Assembly (NCBI GenBank): GCA_951406725.2
Contig: OX597820.1
Coordinates: forward strand, 49,228,001-49,292,000
Reading direction: 5' to 3'
DNA from: Octopus vulgaris
Taxonomy: Eukaryota
Length of the DNA: 64,000 nt
How positions within the stretch are numbered: position 1 is the stretch's first letter; each line of letters begins with the position of its first letter. A model generated the notes under the pieces. The model saw only the letters and a program-made list of their open reading frames with translations, did no database searches and was not told the DNA's origin. This document shows, piece by piece, positions 39,119 through 53,559 of this stretch. Both the position numbers and the translations under genes were made by a program.

Positions 39119-41005
39119 AAATAAATAAATTTACACATATAAATCACACAGATACACACACACATACAATTGTGTATGTTTAGTAAAAATTCAAATAATT
39201 TTACATTAATCTTATGAGTTATTCTAGACCTTTGCAGAGTACAGCTTTTTTTATTATTCTTTAACAAGGATATTATTGACAGTGAGTTGGAATTTTCGAA
39301 ACACATATATACACATATATACACAAATCCACGCACAGATACGCGCGCACGAACACACACACACATGCACACACAGACACACACACACTCAGATAAATAT
39401 ATGTACGTATAAAATTTCACAAGCACTTGCACGGTCGCACACACAAACAAATAGATACACATACATGTACAGGCTTTATTTTCGTTTTATATATACTTAC
39501 ACACAAGTTTTATATATATATATATATATATACTTACACACACGCATACACACGCATGCACAAACACCAATGAATATTCATATACACGTGTGTATACTTA
39601 GATGTATACATACATACAGACAGAGAGACTCATACGTGTATATTGGTTATTATCGACAGAATCATAATTCGTTCAAAATCTATATATCTTACTCAATGAA
39701 GATATGTTACTTAAAGGCTGTAAAACTTAGGTATTCGTCTCAAGAAAGCATCTCAGTTTATTCTATTAAAAACATTGAGATATATTATTTTTAGACGAAA
39801 ATTGTCCAATAATGTACGGTGGCATGGCTAAGTATAGATTTCTGTTTCCTTGAGCTTCGTCAGTGCTAGTTATCAACTGAGACCACCTGTTAACCGGCAT
39901 TTGGCGGTTACTGATATAGTTAAGCCGTGGTGGGAAAAACACAGAATTTAGTCAGCAGGTTGAATGATACTTTGATGTTAGCGACAGACCCTGTATAAAA
40001 TGCAAACTAGAGGTTTGTTTATTCCACGTGCAAAAGATATACTTTTGAGTCTGGTAAATGGTGTATTTGTCTGCAGAAAGCATCTCTTACAGACGTGTAG
40101 TGTTAAAAAACAGAAATATATCGATTTTCGTTATATATGTATGCATACATTCATAGATACAGACACTCACATGTCTATATATATGTATATATATATATGT
40201 GTGTGTGTGTGTACGCACGTGCATCTGCATGTGCTTAGCCACATACATGCATATACATGCACCCAGTTAAACGGAGAGGCAAAATTGAGACCACGAGCAC
40301 AAGGGCGTGTGAAAACAGGAGACAGAAAAAGAGGAAAGAGAGAGGGTGTGTGTGTATGTTGTGCGTGTATTTGAGTATGTATATGTTTGTGTGTGCGTGA
40401 TTGAATGGATTTGAGTCAGTGGGATATCTCTGGGTTTACCTGCTCATTGGAATATTGTTAGAACAGAAATAAACAATGAATACATAGAGCTTAGCTTGAA
40501 TGTCCCTAGCTTATGCACAAACATACAGAGAAGCACACACACATACACACGCACACACATGCATATGCAAACATACACACACACATACTCACATAAATAC
40601 AATGTCAAATACACATACATAAATAGGTGACTATTTGTCTGTCTCCCTCTATGTGTAATTATTTGTAGTAATGCTATTCACGTTAAACAAATGATTCGTT
40701 ACAAAGTCTGCTTCCAAATATTAGCATTGTTGCTTCCGGTCTAGTGCTGCCATGTACCCTCTCGCCCTCACCTTTACTATCACTCTCAGCTAGTCGCACT
40801 CATTATCACCAGCCCTGTGTCTATTCTGTGCACCACTCTTATTTCTCGCATTGTTTCAATATCGCCCCTACCTTTACCAAACGTGTAGCAATATCCATGC
40901 TTTTGTCTTGAACAATTATCATGGCACAAAAGAAAAAATAGATACTGTAGACACAAAACATATAAAGAAGAGTAATTAAAAAAAAGTAGTAGAAATAATA
41001 ACAAC

Positions 41006-41053
<48 letters not shown>

Positions 41054-41479
41054 AGTGATGAATATACTAGTATGTAAAAATCAACCATTGTCTTTCTATT
41101 TCTTTCCCTTCTCAAAAAAAAAAAATGTTATTTGCGTTTTCCTTTGTCTAATTTGGATATGTTCTTATGAGATATTTAGAGATGAAAACAAAAAGAAAAG
41201 AAAAGACACCTCTGTGTCCCAAAGACATTGCAAGAGTTATGTATCGTCCAACATAGGGATGTAGCAAATATTTTAAAAATTTTGTTTTGTTTCCTCTATT
41301 TTTTTTCTCTTCCTTTGTGTGACAAGAAATCAAAGGAAACGTGTTCTGAATATATACCTTTATATAACCATGTATAGTAGCAAAAATACACACAAGTCTC
41401 GTAGCCTTCCTCATACGAATGCCTTCAGTGTAGCAGTGTTAGATGCTGGTATTATCGTATACATTTACATAGACGCGTA

Positions 41480-41800
<321 letters not shown>

Positions 41801-42399
41801 AGGAGGGGTAGAGAGATAAATGCACACACGCACAGACACATACAAACATATATATATATATAAAACGTGAGTGATCGGAGCGTGTAAGAGATATGTATAT
41901 GTGTATGCATCTTTATATAAGAGTTGTTCTGAATGTTTATATATTTGCATATATGCGTATGTGTGTTCGTGTATCATGTTTAATCGCAAGTGTTTTTCTT
42001 CATCCACCAGTAGCCTCACCACTCACACAAGCACACACATACGCGTGCGCACGCTGCTGCCGTTCGATTTCTTTTATTGGTCAACTTACATCGCATGTTA
42101 ACACAAACCGTTACCTCTTCTGCATACTATTATTCCCCGTATAGATTACTTCCGCTTGACATGGTGTAATTAGATAGTTTATTCTTGGAGTTACTAATGA
42201 GTAGCGATATCTGGCCTTCAGGTTATGGCCAAATGTTGCATCGGTTCGAATCGTGATTGAATATATTTAACTTTCAATTACTTTCCAATTTCTTCCGGAA
42301 ATCAACTGCATAATTTTCATAAATTCGTTTCACCATACTTTTTATAAATATACGTATGTGTGTGTGTGTGTTAGCATGTATATGTATACACATATATAT

Positions 42400-43620
42400 C
42401 ACCTTCGAGGTGTTTGATGACACTTCATTATTAGTATATTAACTCTCTTCAAAACAATTAAAAGAATTTTACTTTTTCCAGCTTCCCACATGACAGCGAG
42501 GATACTAATAGAGAAAATGAAGACATAAGTACGTTGCTACCATATCTACAGAACACAGAGATCAAGAATTTGTCATCATTCTAAAAGTTGCTAGGTTTTT
42601 GCTAAATAAAGTCCGGCTGCTTTCGGAGGACTTTGGTAGGAATGATTCAAAGACATACTGATATATACACTCTAACACATACGCACACACACATACACAT
42701 ACACACACGCATACGCGCGCGGGCACACAAGCACATCAAACACACACACGGGCTTAAATCATTCTAAATGTTCACCCAGTATTATGACTCCACAATTCAT
42801 CCCACATATTGAAAAGTTTATCGATGTTAATCCCGAAAAAAATGAATGAGGCCATCCCCAAAGAACCATACGTGTCTGAGTGGACTATCACTACTGTAGT
42901 GCCAGAGAACATTTAAATCGTATGTGCTAAATGCAGATCAATTCAAGACACAGGAGAACCTAAAGAATCATGACAACCTAAATTTCTCACAAACATAGTT
43001 TACCATTGATCTTCCCTGGTGACAAAACATTAACCAAGTTCAGAAATCTATCGGGACACATGACAGATGGTCATGTCCTTTGATGACCCAGAGTGACATG
43101 CACTAAGTATTCAGTATTCAGCAATTTGGTAGTTTCAAGAGTGGTGAGTAACGAACTTCATGTCACTTTAAATTTTTCCACAGCGACATAGAGTTAACAC
43201 TACTACATATGTTGACGTGCTGGTGACGTTTGTTAAGTGATGACTAGATGGTGTTTCCAAAGAAATCCAGACACATTTCAACAAGCGCATTCACACAAAA
43301 TCCACAATAACATATCAGACCAAGCGTCTGGCCTCCAAATTCATCAAATTTAAATACTATGGATGACTACATTCAAACCATGTTAAAAAGGATACTAATC
43401 AATATCCTCAGAATATCATAGATTCACCAAATGCCGCCATTATCCAGATGTTGTACGGAATGGATGAGGACAGTTTGTGTAGATTGATTGGCTGTATGCG
43501 AGATACATAAAGCAAAATTAAGAAAATTTAACAACAATATCAGAATTATATAAAGGCAGTTAGAATATTACTACCCCATGAGAGACAAGATGAATGGATT
43601 CTGATGATTACGAACTGGGA
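42400..43620 (+). mobile_element. Decayed Tc1/DD37D-like transposon
   Basis: tggcctccaaattcatcaaatttaaatactatggat encodes WPPNSSNLNTMD (cf. WPPNSPDLNPMDY). The upstream gtggtgagtaacgaacttcatgtc region parallels GVITNDGKVM in the 51.8 kb copy. Confidence 0.6.
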
Positions 43621-43767
43621 TCAAATTTCTTGTCAATATAGTTTGTGAAGCGACCAATTAATCCTGGAGCACACAGACGTATCCGAACTCACACGCATAT
43701 ACACAGACATATATATGAGTGTTTGAATGCATTTTTGTGTACTCATATATTTGTAGGCATTTATGTG

Positions 43768-43813
<46 letters not shown>

Positions 43814-44484
43814 CTTAGTTACACTTACGTAACCGTTTTCACGACTTTATAATTTTTAGAATGTTGTGGGAGATAGGAATCCTCGATCAAGGCAGTACTG
43901 TTATCGGCTCTGAATTCGGTAATGAAAATTTTCTCTCTTTTACAGAGAAATATTGCATAAAATCAACATCACTTGTGCTAGAGATTTACTCGTTGAGATT
44001 GCTCACGAGATCAGATGTTCCTATAATTGTATGAGTGGTATTTACGCCAAAATTTGAGGCTGTATTACTCCAGCGAATTTGTCATACGATAATATCGTTA
44101 AAGTTTTCATGTTATGGTCGCGTTCGTATTACAAAATGAGCGATATTTACTGTGCTAATCTAATAAAGAAGTCATATAATATGAAAAACGGATTGTCGTA
44201 TTAGATAACATTAGAGAAATACCTTACCTGTTACGAGTGACATTAAGTTGTGTCTTTTGTCTTGGTTATTTGCTGGTGTGTGAGAATATGAAATACAATT
44301 GATTGTTATCAGCGGAACACGTGAACGTTTCAAAGAATTAATAATAAACCTGAGTTTTTCCTGAAAACTTTACACCAAAAGCTTGAAAGCGTGGCTTGTG
44401 TTTTTTGTCTATAAAAAGATAGTCGCTCATCTGCTATTCATTGACAAGTGAAGGAAATTGGAATACAATGAATATTTATGCACT

Positions 44485-44535
<51 letters not shown>

Positions 44536-44599
44536 ACTTACTAAGTAACTATCTATCTATCTATGTTTCCATATATCCGTCCAACTATCTATCTGTCTG

Positions 44600-44643
<44 letters not shown>

Positions 44644-45059
44644 CATATATGTATATATAAATTATAATTAAGTGTATCTAAAAGATACCGCCATGCTAGA
44701 TATAGCAGCCAAAACTTGACTCTAAAAAACATATTAAATGTTCATACAGTACCAGGAGAGAAGACAAAGAGACAAAAATGAACTAGCAAAAACTTATTGG
44801 ATAATTCCAGATCCTGGATTTCTGGCTTTACATAAGAAAGGCTTTACCTTCATCAGTGGAATACACGCAAAATACTACATCGAGAAAACAAAAATGTTAT
44901 AGTAAAAAAAAAAATTATATGTAAAATATAGGGGTCTCAGTTTCACGGGAGTAAAAATTTAATGCAACATGGCATACTCTGAAAACCATATCGTTGGTAG
45001 CTTATAAGTGAAGGCGAATGGGTTAGAGCCAATACATATTTCAATTTGCGTACACCATT

Positions 45060-45400
45060 CAATCCAATACTTATTTGCAGACTGTGTTCTTCGTGTAAGT
45101 TCTCCCTCTTCTTTTAAGTCAGTGTTGATAACTTTAATTCTCACATCAGATAAGTTGCGAGCTCTTGAGAATGCAACATATAGCTAACTATGGCCGAATA
45201 CATGTTCAGGCAAGAACAGCCTCCCTCCACCCAATCAAATGTTCGCCCTGGTGATTAATTAATAGTCTTTGCATATGACAGGCGAACAGGAAGCGTGAAT
45301 GGCAAGTATGGAATGTGCATGTGTTAAGTGATATAAAAATTACTTAATTCAATTCTTAAAAGAATTAATTTTCACTATGCACTCTTGATCAACGCTACCC
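45060..45400 (-). mobile_element. Helitron RepHel PIF1-helicase C-terminal remnant
   Basis: Minus strand gives LPVRLSYAKTIN*SPGRTFDWV../LFLPEHVFGHS*LYVAFSRARNLSDVRIKV, matching the Helitron/PIF1 motifs FPVRLAFAMTINKSQGQT and VFSHGQLYVALSR. Confidence 0.8.
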
Positions 45401-45782
45401 ACATCATCATCATCATCATCATCATCATCCTCATCATCATCATCATCATCATATCTCATCTCTCTCTCTCTCTCTCTCTCTCTACCTACCTACCTATCTA
45501 TCTATCTCTCTGACCTCCTTTAATCATCACCTTTCTGCTAAAAGTATATTCCTAAAAATCCTTTATATTACTACCTTCAAGTAACTTTTAAATCACATAA
45601 TAAATATTTCGCTTCCCCTACTATATTCTCTCTCCCTTTTTTCTTTCTCTCTCTCTCTCTGTCTCACTCTTTACCTTACCCTCTTTTTCTCTTTCCCTCA
45701 TTTCTTTCTCTCTCTTTTTCTCCAATCACGTGAAAGCGTCGCCGACGGGCTAAGTAACGTAATGACAACGACAATTATTGTA

Positions 45783-45816
<34 letters not shown>

Positions 45817-47971
45817 CGTATTTCAATAATGAACTGTTTTGACGGACAATATATGTCTCGGCGCTTCATGGGTTGTGTTATTTTGTGTTGGTGGGCCGGA
45901 ATTGTATTTTTTCCATTGTAGTGTTTGTTTTAATATCCTGGACAACATTATTCTAATTTCAAAAGTACAAATATTGAACATATTTCTTGCGTTAGATTAC
46001 ACGGCATATTTACTTTTGTGTAGTTTGCGTTTTAAGTACTAAATAGTAGATATCGTTTCTAGCTCGTTGGTTGTAACGGCCTACAAATACGGCGTTTATG
46101 TCAGTTGTGATTATTTAAATATCCAGAAAGAGTAGTTGATTTTAGCTGCATTCCATTGTGACCTTTTATTGTTGTTTATGTTATTAACTAGGAGGTTAAA
46201 ATGATTAAGTTGTAAACAACGTGAGTCCACAGAATGAGGCAGTCATATAAGAAGCGTATTGAAATTTCTATTAGGTATGTAGGACACCTAACGCTGTAAT
46301 TTAGAATAGAATTTACATAGCGATTTCTTTGTATTTTCAGATATAAACTCGAATTTAACAATACAATGATTGCAGAACTTATAATGTCACTGATGTCTCC
46401 TTATTGCGCTTAACTGTTATAGATGAATGTGTGACAGCGTGTAATGAATTACAATATATAGTACAATCAACATAAATTGATCGCTTGTGAAACGATCAAT
46501 CTTATTCTTTAAAAATAAAATTAATCTTACCATAGATAACATAGGCAAATATTAATGCTTACCAACAATATAAAAAACGCTTCTATGTATATCCTCTGAC
46601 ATACTGGCTGCTGAAATGGAAAATATAATCAAAAGAAAAGAAAGAAAAGGTAGAGTTTTTTGAAAATATGTGTATGCATATGGATTGGTCAACAAAGTAG
46701 AAAATAAAGACAAAGTAGAAAATAAAATATTTACAAGTCATAAAGATTGATTACTGAAAAGCTACCAACAGTGGGTATTTGCGAGAGTTAAGATAAACTA
46801 AATTCTTAATCTGAAACACCGTGTCAAAGTGGAAAATTTCTATATAACATAATTTAGGAAATTGAATCTATTCAGGAAATCCTATTTCCAGTAATTATTT
46901 ATCTACTTCCGATTCACTAATAAAGTTAATGCGTCTAATGACAATGTCTATACGATAGATAATGTTTTCTCATAAACATGACTTACAACTACAAAGAAAA
47001 AATACGCCCAGCTACGCTGCTTTATGGAACTTTACAAGAATGGAGTGTTATAAAAGTGAGTGTGCGTTTAGACAAAAGTGAAAACGCTTCTGAAAGGGGT
47101 TAATCAGTAGAATACTCTGTGTCGATTAAACTACAGATACGTAACTGTCTGCGAATATAAGAATTCCTGGAATGACGAAAATTCTAAACCTCCCAAGTAA
47201 ATATATATGAAGGAAATTAGTTAACACTATGTATATGCTGACTTCAAAGCCTCTCAAGGTTGACTGTAAATGTATTTCAATATGTTCGGCTAACACGATT
47301 AATGCAGTGAACATGAAAGAATTTTTATCAATTAAGATTCCAATGGTAATGAGGACTAATTTATTATTGTTAATGACGATTCTCGTCAAGAATGGCAAAA
47401 TTAAAATACCGAAAATGCATTAAGATTGAAATGGAGATATGTAATGGGCAGTTAATTTGATTGATATGTGAGCTGACAATTCCAGTTGTTCCTGTATTAT
47501 TAGAACTTATCAGAACAAGTCTAACACTTGCCTACTAGGCTTTATAATGTTATAGCTACTGCATGAAGTCTAATTAAATTGATGGCTTGAAATGGTGTTC
47601 ATTCATATACGTAACAATCAGGCAAAACGATCTTTAAATTTACTACGGCCATTTTCTATACTGTCATGTTTTCGTGCTAATATAAAAATGTTTATTATTA
47701 TTTTTACTCATTCTTTTAATACAAGTTTTAATAGGCGTACTCTGTGTATAGACGCTCTTTGCATCTCGTTCCGTTTTGATGAATTCCATAATCGATACTT
47801 CCACATGTCGACAATCGGCGAATTGTCTATCGACACGCACACACACACACGCACACACACACACACACGCACACGCACCCGCACACACACACTCACACAC
47901 ATACCCCCCACACACATATATATATATAAATATATATATGTATGAATGTATATATGTGTGTGTGTGTTATT

Positions 47972-48112
47972 GTGTCTGGGGAGAGTCTTTCTCTATTGAA
48001 ATGGTAACAATACGCAACGAAAATTTTAGAAAAGGTAAATAATTGAGTGGAAATCGAACCGGTGAATGTGTTAAGTAATAAGGCACTAAAAGAGAATGAC
48101 TCTCCCCAGACA
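47972..48112. repeat. Short fold-back element (22-bp inverted ends) enclosing a degenerate hammerhead-like motif
   Basis: tgtctggggagagtctttctct ... agagaatgactctccccagaca; inner ttgaaatggtaacaatacgcaacgaaaatttta. Confidence 0.7.
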
Positions 48113-48587
48113 CCAAAAACGAATCTTGCAAACCAATCCCAATAACGAAATATATATATTTATATAGTATACTGCTGAATTCAAATTCAGAATTTTTCAG
48201 GATAAGTTTCTTTTGATGAATGGGAAAATACCAACCTCTACAGATTGAGGAGATGTACCGCAGACTATAGGACCGTATCCATTCATCCTCATGACTTTAC
48301 AGTTAAAAGAGACGTAACTATAATTCACCCCCATTTTCTTTGTTCTTTGTTCTCTTTCGTTTTCCAGTCTTTCAATTTTCTACGTATTACATTTACTTTC
48401 TTCTCGCCTTTTCTTGAATTGCCTATTATTCAATCGTTCGTTTTAGATTGTCATGACATGTGGGTAGAGCCTCAGGATTGTGTGAATGCACCGGGTGAGT
48501 TAAAAAATCATATTTGAATTGCTTTCATCGCTTGAAAGTATTAGTATCTCATATAGATATACACTGTTTTTATTAAATAATAATACG

Positions 48588-48619
<32 letters not shown>

Positions 48620-48622
<3 letters not shown>

Positions 48623-48850
48623 TCTTTTATTGTTTTACACGTTTCAGTCATTTGACTGCAGTCATGCAGGAGCAGTGCCCTAAAGAGTTTTGTCGAAATT
48701 TACGACCCCATGACTAATTTTGTGTAAGCCTAGTACTTTAGTCAGCCCGAGGCTATAATAAAAACACTTCCCTAAGGTGCTAGCCAGTAAACCTGAACCC
48801 GGAACCATAGGTTAGTAAACAAGCTTCTTACCACACAGCCACGTCTGGAC
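48620..48850 (-). mobile_element. SINE family A, internally deleted
   Basis: gtttcagtcatttgactgcagtcatgcaggagca...gcccgaggctata...ctgaacccggaacca...aagcttcttaccacacagccacg. Confidence 0.8.
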
Positions 48851-49194
48851 ACGCACACATACACACATACGCACACACACACACAGACACTCACGCACAC
48901 ACACGCACACACACACCAACACACGCACACACACACTTCATGTATGCTTCATGTATGTATATTGTGTGAATGCATTTCAGCTGTGATATTTCGTTCAAGT
49001 AAGATTACTTTAGAGACGTGGGTTGTTTAAAAGTTACAGTATACTTCAAAGCATGGGGAAATGAATCACCATAGAAGTAGTGAAAGAGTTTGGCAGACAT
49101 CAATATTTCGTTGTTTCTTCGTCATTCATCAGAGCCTCCTTGAAGAAAATACCGCAGTTGAAATACTTTTAAACAGCATACATATTACGTATGA

Positions 49195-49352
49195 TATCGA
49201 GGTGACCGGTAATAAGGTCACCGGAAAAATGTCAGTAATAAAGTCACAATTAATTTATGGGATCTGGGCAATCCCCCCAGCCCGAGGACAAAACCCCCTC
49301 GGACGTAACCATTGTGACTTTATTACCGTGACTTTTTTACTTGGACTCGATA
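49195..49352. mobile_element. MITE with sub-repeated TIRs (MULE/Foldback-like)
   Basis: Left tatcgag...gtaataaggtcacc...gtaataaagtcacaat; right attgtgactttattaccgtgacttttttac...ctcgata. Confidence 0.65.
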
Positions 49353-49493
49353 ACAATATTACACACACACATACACCACACACACATACACACATACCAC
49401 ACACACACACACACACCCATATATATATATATATATATATGTACATATATGTGTGGGTGTGCATGTATATATATATATGTGTGTGTGTATGTA

Positions 49494-49552
<59 letters not shown>

Positions 49553-49874
49553 GCACATATTTATATGTATATATACGTATGTATATTTGTACGTATGTAT
49601 GTATGTGTGTGTTAAGTGAACAGTCTACCAGATGCTTTGATCATGAGGATTCAGTTGTTCGATTAATTAAAATACGTATTCATTGAAATGGCATGTAAGT
49701 ATACATGAGGTATGTTTAGCCTTAATGCAATCTCCAGCTGATGGAAGTATGACTGTGAGACACAGTGATTGACGAGGTCGCTTTTTCAATTACACACTAA
49801 GAGAATTTCGATGGGGTTCCATACAGTTTCCGACTACCAAATTTTACTGACAATATACTTGTAAACGCAATGCT

Positions 49875-50088
49875 CCGAGCTGGCTCAGTCGTTTGCACGC
49901 CGGGCATAATAATTCCTGGCACTTTGCCCGTCTATAGGTTCTGAGTTCTAATTCCGTTGAGATCGAGCTTGTCTTTCATCATTTCTGGGTTGATAAAATA
50001 AGTACCAGTTGTAAACTCGAGTCGATGTAGTCATCTTACACCCTCCCTCGAAATTGCTGTACATGTGCCAAATTATGAAACCAATATA
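49875..50088 (+). mobile_element. SINE family B (diverged)
   Basis: cgagctggc...gttctgagttctaattccg...tttcatc...gataaaataagtaccagtt. Confidence 0.75.
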
Positions 50089-50256
50089 TTAATAAACTCT
50101 TCGTCGAGTACAATTATGAAACAAACCGGTTTAGAGACGAATTCCTAAATCACACAGCCCTGCATGCGCTCTTGTGCCCAATGCAGGGACTAGTCAGTAG
50201 TACACGGTTGGTAAAACAGGAAAATATATCCTGGCATGGCAACGGACACATTTTGG

Positions 50257-50545
50257 CGCAGGCGTAGCTGTATGGTAAGAAGCTTACATATATATACATA
50301 TATATACAGTTACATATATATATATATATATATACGTATATATTTCTGTGTCTGTGTCCCCTCCTCCTTATCCTGGTGTGTTTCTGTCCCCGTAAATTAG
50401 TAGTTCAGCAAAGGGACCGACAGAATAAGTACTAGGGTTATAAAGAATAAGCCGTGGGGTCGATTTCTTCGACTGACACCCTCTAAGGTGGTGTTCGCTC
50501 ATGGCTGCAATCAAATGACTGAAACAAGTAGAAAAGTAAAATAAT
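50257..50545 (+). mobile_element. SINE family A, internally deleted
   Basis: gcgcaggcgtagctgtatggtaagaagctt ... gaataagtactaggg...ggggtcgattt...catggctgcaatcaaatgactgaaacaagta. Confidence 0.75.
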
Positions 50546-50551
50546 TAAAGA

Positions 50552-50643
<92 letters not shown>

Positions 50644-51013
50644 CATCACATGAATATATTTCACTACCTCCCCTCCCTGAACTTTCAGTCATATTGTAAC
50701 ATCACTTATTCTTCACTCGCCGCAGGACTCGGCAAGTGACAGTAACAAAGATGAAGATTAAAAATGAAAATAACAATAATAGAAATAATAATAATAACAA
50801 TAAAACAATAATCCTTGGATATATTTTCTAGGCATTTAATGCATCGCTATGCGTCTTTCTACAATCTATATGGCTCTTAATAATCATAGTCCGTATTCCT
50901 GGGATGATTACATCCGGTTGATCATCATCACTGATTAATTTCTTCGAGTGAAATGCCATTAGTGGATGTGTAACAGAGGGATGTTTGTCCCTTTATACTA
51001 ATAACAGTATATC

Positions 51014-51231
51014 TATTTCTTTACTACTCACAAGGGGCTAAACATAGAGAGGAGAAACAAGGACAGACAACGAATTAAGTCGATTATATCGACCCCAGTG
51101 CGTAACTGGTACTTAATTTATCGACCTCGGAAGGATGATAGGCAAAGTCGACCTCGGCGGAATTTGAACCCAGAACATAACGGCAGACGCATTTCGCCCG
51201 GCGTGCTAACGTTTCTCCCAGCTCGCCGTAT
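51014..51231 (-). mobile_element. SINE family B with 13-bp TSD
   Basis: Full minus copy flanked by ataacagtatatc at 51001-51013 and 51232-51244. Confidence 0.9.
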
Positions 51232-51405
51232 ATAACAGTATATCGCCTGGAGAAATGAATGAATGATGATGATCAACCGGGTGCCCACGGATATAACGGA
51301 CTACACTGTAATCGCCCTAGGAATACGAACTTTCATCTTAAGAGTCATGTGACTTGTGGAAACGCGTATAGTGATGCATTAAATATTTATGTATTCCAAC
51401 ATAGA

Positions 51406-51457
<52 letters not shown>

Positions 51458-51479
51458 TTATCCTATGTTATATGATTAC

Positions 51480-52090
51480 AACTTGATTCAATACCGAAAA
51501 ACTGGCTTGCAATTCAGCATCATTTGGTGGTGTCCGGCATTATGGAATAGAAGGAGTTTTCTTGTTCTTTTGCTTAAGTGCGCCCCACTGATAATAATCA
51601 AAGGGGTTGCAGTTTCGGGATTTAGGTGGCCAAATGTTAGGGATGATGTGGTCTCAGAAATTATCTGACAGCCATGACTGGGTTCTCCTGGTTGTGTTGC
51701 ATGATGCAGAGTCCTGTTGGCAGACATAGAGTGTTCCAGCAGCCACCCTTTTGATCCAGTGCAGCACTAATACTTCCAGGCACTTGGCGTTGGCCTTACT
51801 GTTGAGTCTGAGGCCATGTGGGAAGATGAATGGAGACATAACTTTGCCATCATTTGTGATCACTCCATGATGTTGACTGGATGTTTGATTTATAATACTC
51901 TCGGCACATGCTTTGGAGGACACGGCAAACACTCAGATTGACACTCAAACATTCTGAAGTGTTTGCACTGGAAGTTCCTGCGTGAATGCCAAGCAGTGTA
52001 GCATGTTGTTTCCAAACTTCTGGCTGAGCAAATTGAGTCATGGTGCTGTTCTCACAGACGGTGCTTTACTGACCCTATTATACTGTATCG
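51480..52090 (-). mobile_element. DD37D (maT-like) Tc1/mariner deletion remnant
   Basis: GVITNDGKVMSPFIFPHGLRLNSKA...WIKRVAAGTLYVCQQDSASCNT..RTQSWL...IWPPKSRNCNPFDYYQWG. Confidence 0.8.
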
Positions 52091-52267
52091 TCGGCAAAAT
52101 CGAAAACAAATAATGCACATGCGCGAAATTAGAGATATAAAATGGCTACAATTTAACCATTGCACACAGTTTATATATATACATACATACAAACATACAT
52201 ACATACATACATACATACATACATACATACATACATACATACATACATACATACATACATACATACA

Positions 52268-52301
<34 letters not shown>

Positions 52302-52375
52302 CACACACACACAGACACATCTATATATATAATATTATTATATATACTATATTATTATCATCATCATCATCATCA

Positions 52376-52453
<78 letters not shown>

Positions 52454-52648
52454 GGAATAAGTATCAATCTTAAAAGAAAGAACAAGTAAAATGGGGTTGA
52501 CTAGTTCCACTAAAATCCTTTACAGCTGTGCCGTAGCATGGCCGATGTTTAATGATGAAGCAAGTAAAAGATACATATATATGTGTATATGAATATATGG
52601 GTGTATGTCTGCATTTACTCCCACATAAGTTTGTGCGCGTGTGTGTTT

Positions 52649-52701
<53 letters not shown>

Positions 52702-53559
52702 GGAGAGAGTGCGGCCGATTACACACGTCCATGCGGTGCTCCAGCACTGCAACTGTGCGAGAACTGTAACAAGTACACGAATGAATTAGCAAAAGAAAAA
52801 AACGTATATATGTATTTATAATAATCGTGTGTTAGAATGAATCGTTGTGAAGCTGAAGTAGTTTTAACAATGCGCTGTTGATATAGAAGAGGTATTGTTA
52901 TATTATAGATCTAGAAATAGCTTCTTTTTCTCGTTATATGACTGAGGAGGTAATAATGATGTTACGGTTATGATAATGGTAGTGGTATCGGGGATGGTTG
53001 TGTTTATCATGGTAGTGTTTGTGTTGGTGTAAATATATTTGTTGTGGTGGTTGTACTGGCTGGCGGTTGCGCTGTTTGCGGTTCTGTAGTAGTTTCAGTA
53101 ATGGCGTTTGTGTTGGACGGGGATATGAGAGGTGAAGTAGTGGTGGTTTGGGTGTGATGTTTATTTTGGTGGTAATGTTTCTTGTGGTAGTGGTTATGTT
53201 GGTGATGACTGTGGTTGTGTCGATGGTGGTAGCTGTGTTAATAATGTTAGTGAATGGTGGTTGTGTTGGAGTAGGAAGTAAAAATATATTTGGTGTTAAT
53301 GGCAGTGAACTCGTAGATGGCCGCAACGGTGGTAGCGCTATGCATGCTGGTGGTGGTGATAGTGATTTGCTGTTTTTTTTTTCATTATTCTTTATATTTA
53401 TTTTTAATATGATTGTAGCATTGTGAATTACATGTTATTTCTTTCCAGCCCTGCTTCATGATTTCACATGTGGGAGAGGTCATGTGTGCTTTTTATACTA
53501 TCCGGGTCGACAAAATATAGTAGCGATAGCGTATTAGTATCATCGGTAACTACAGATTT

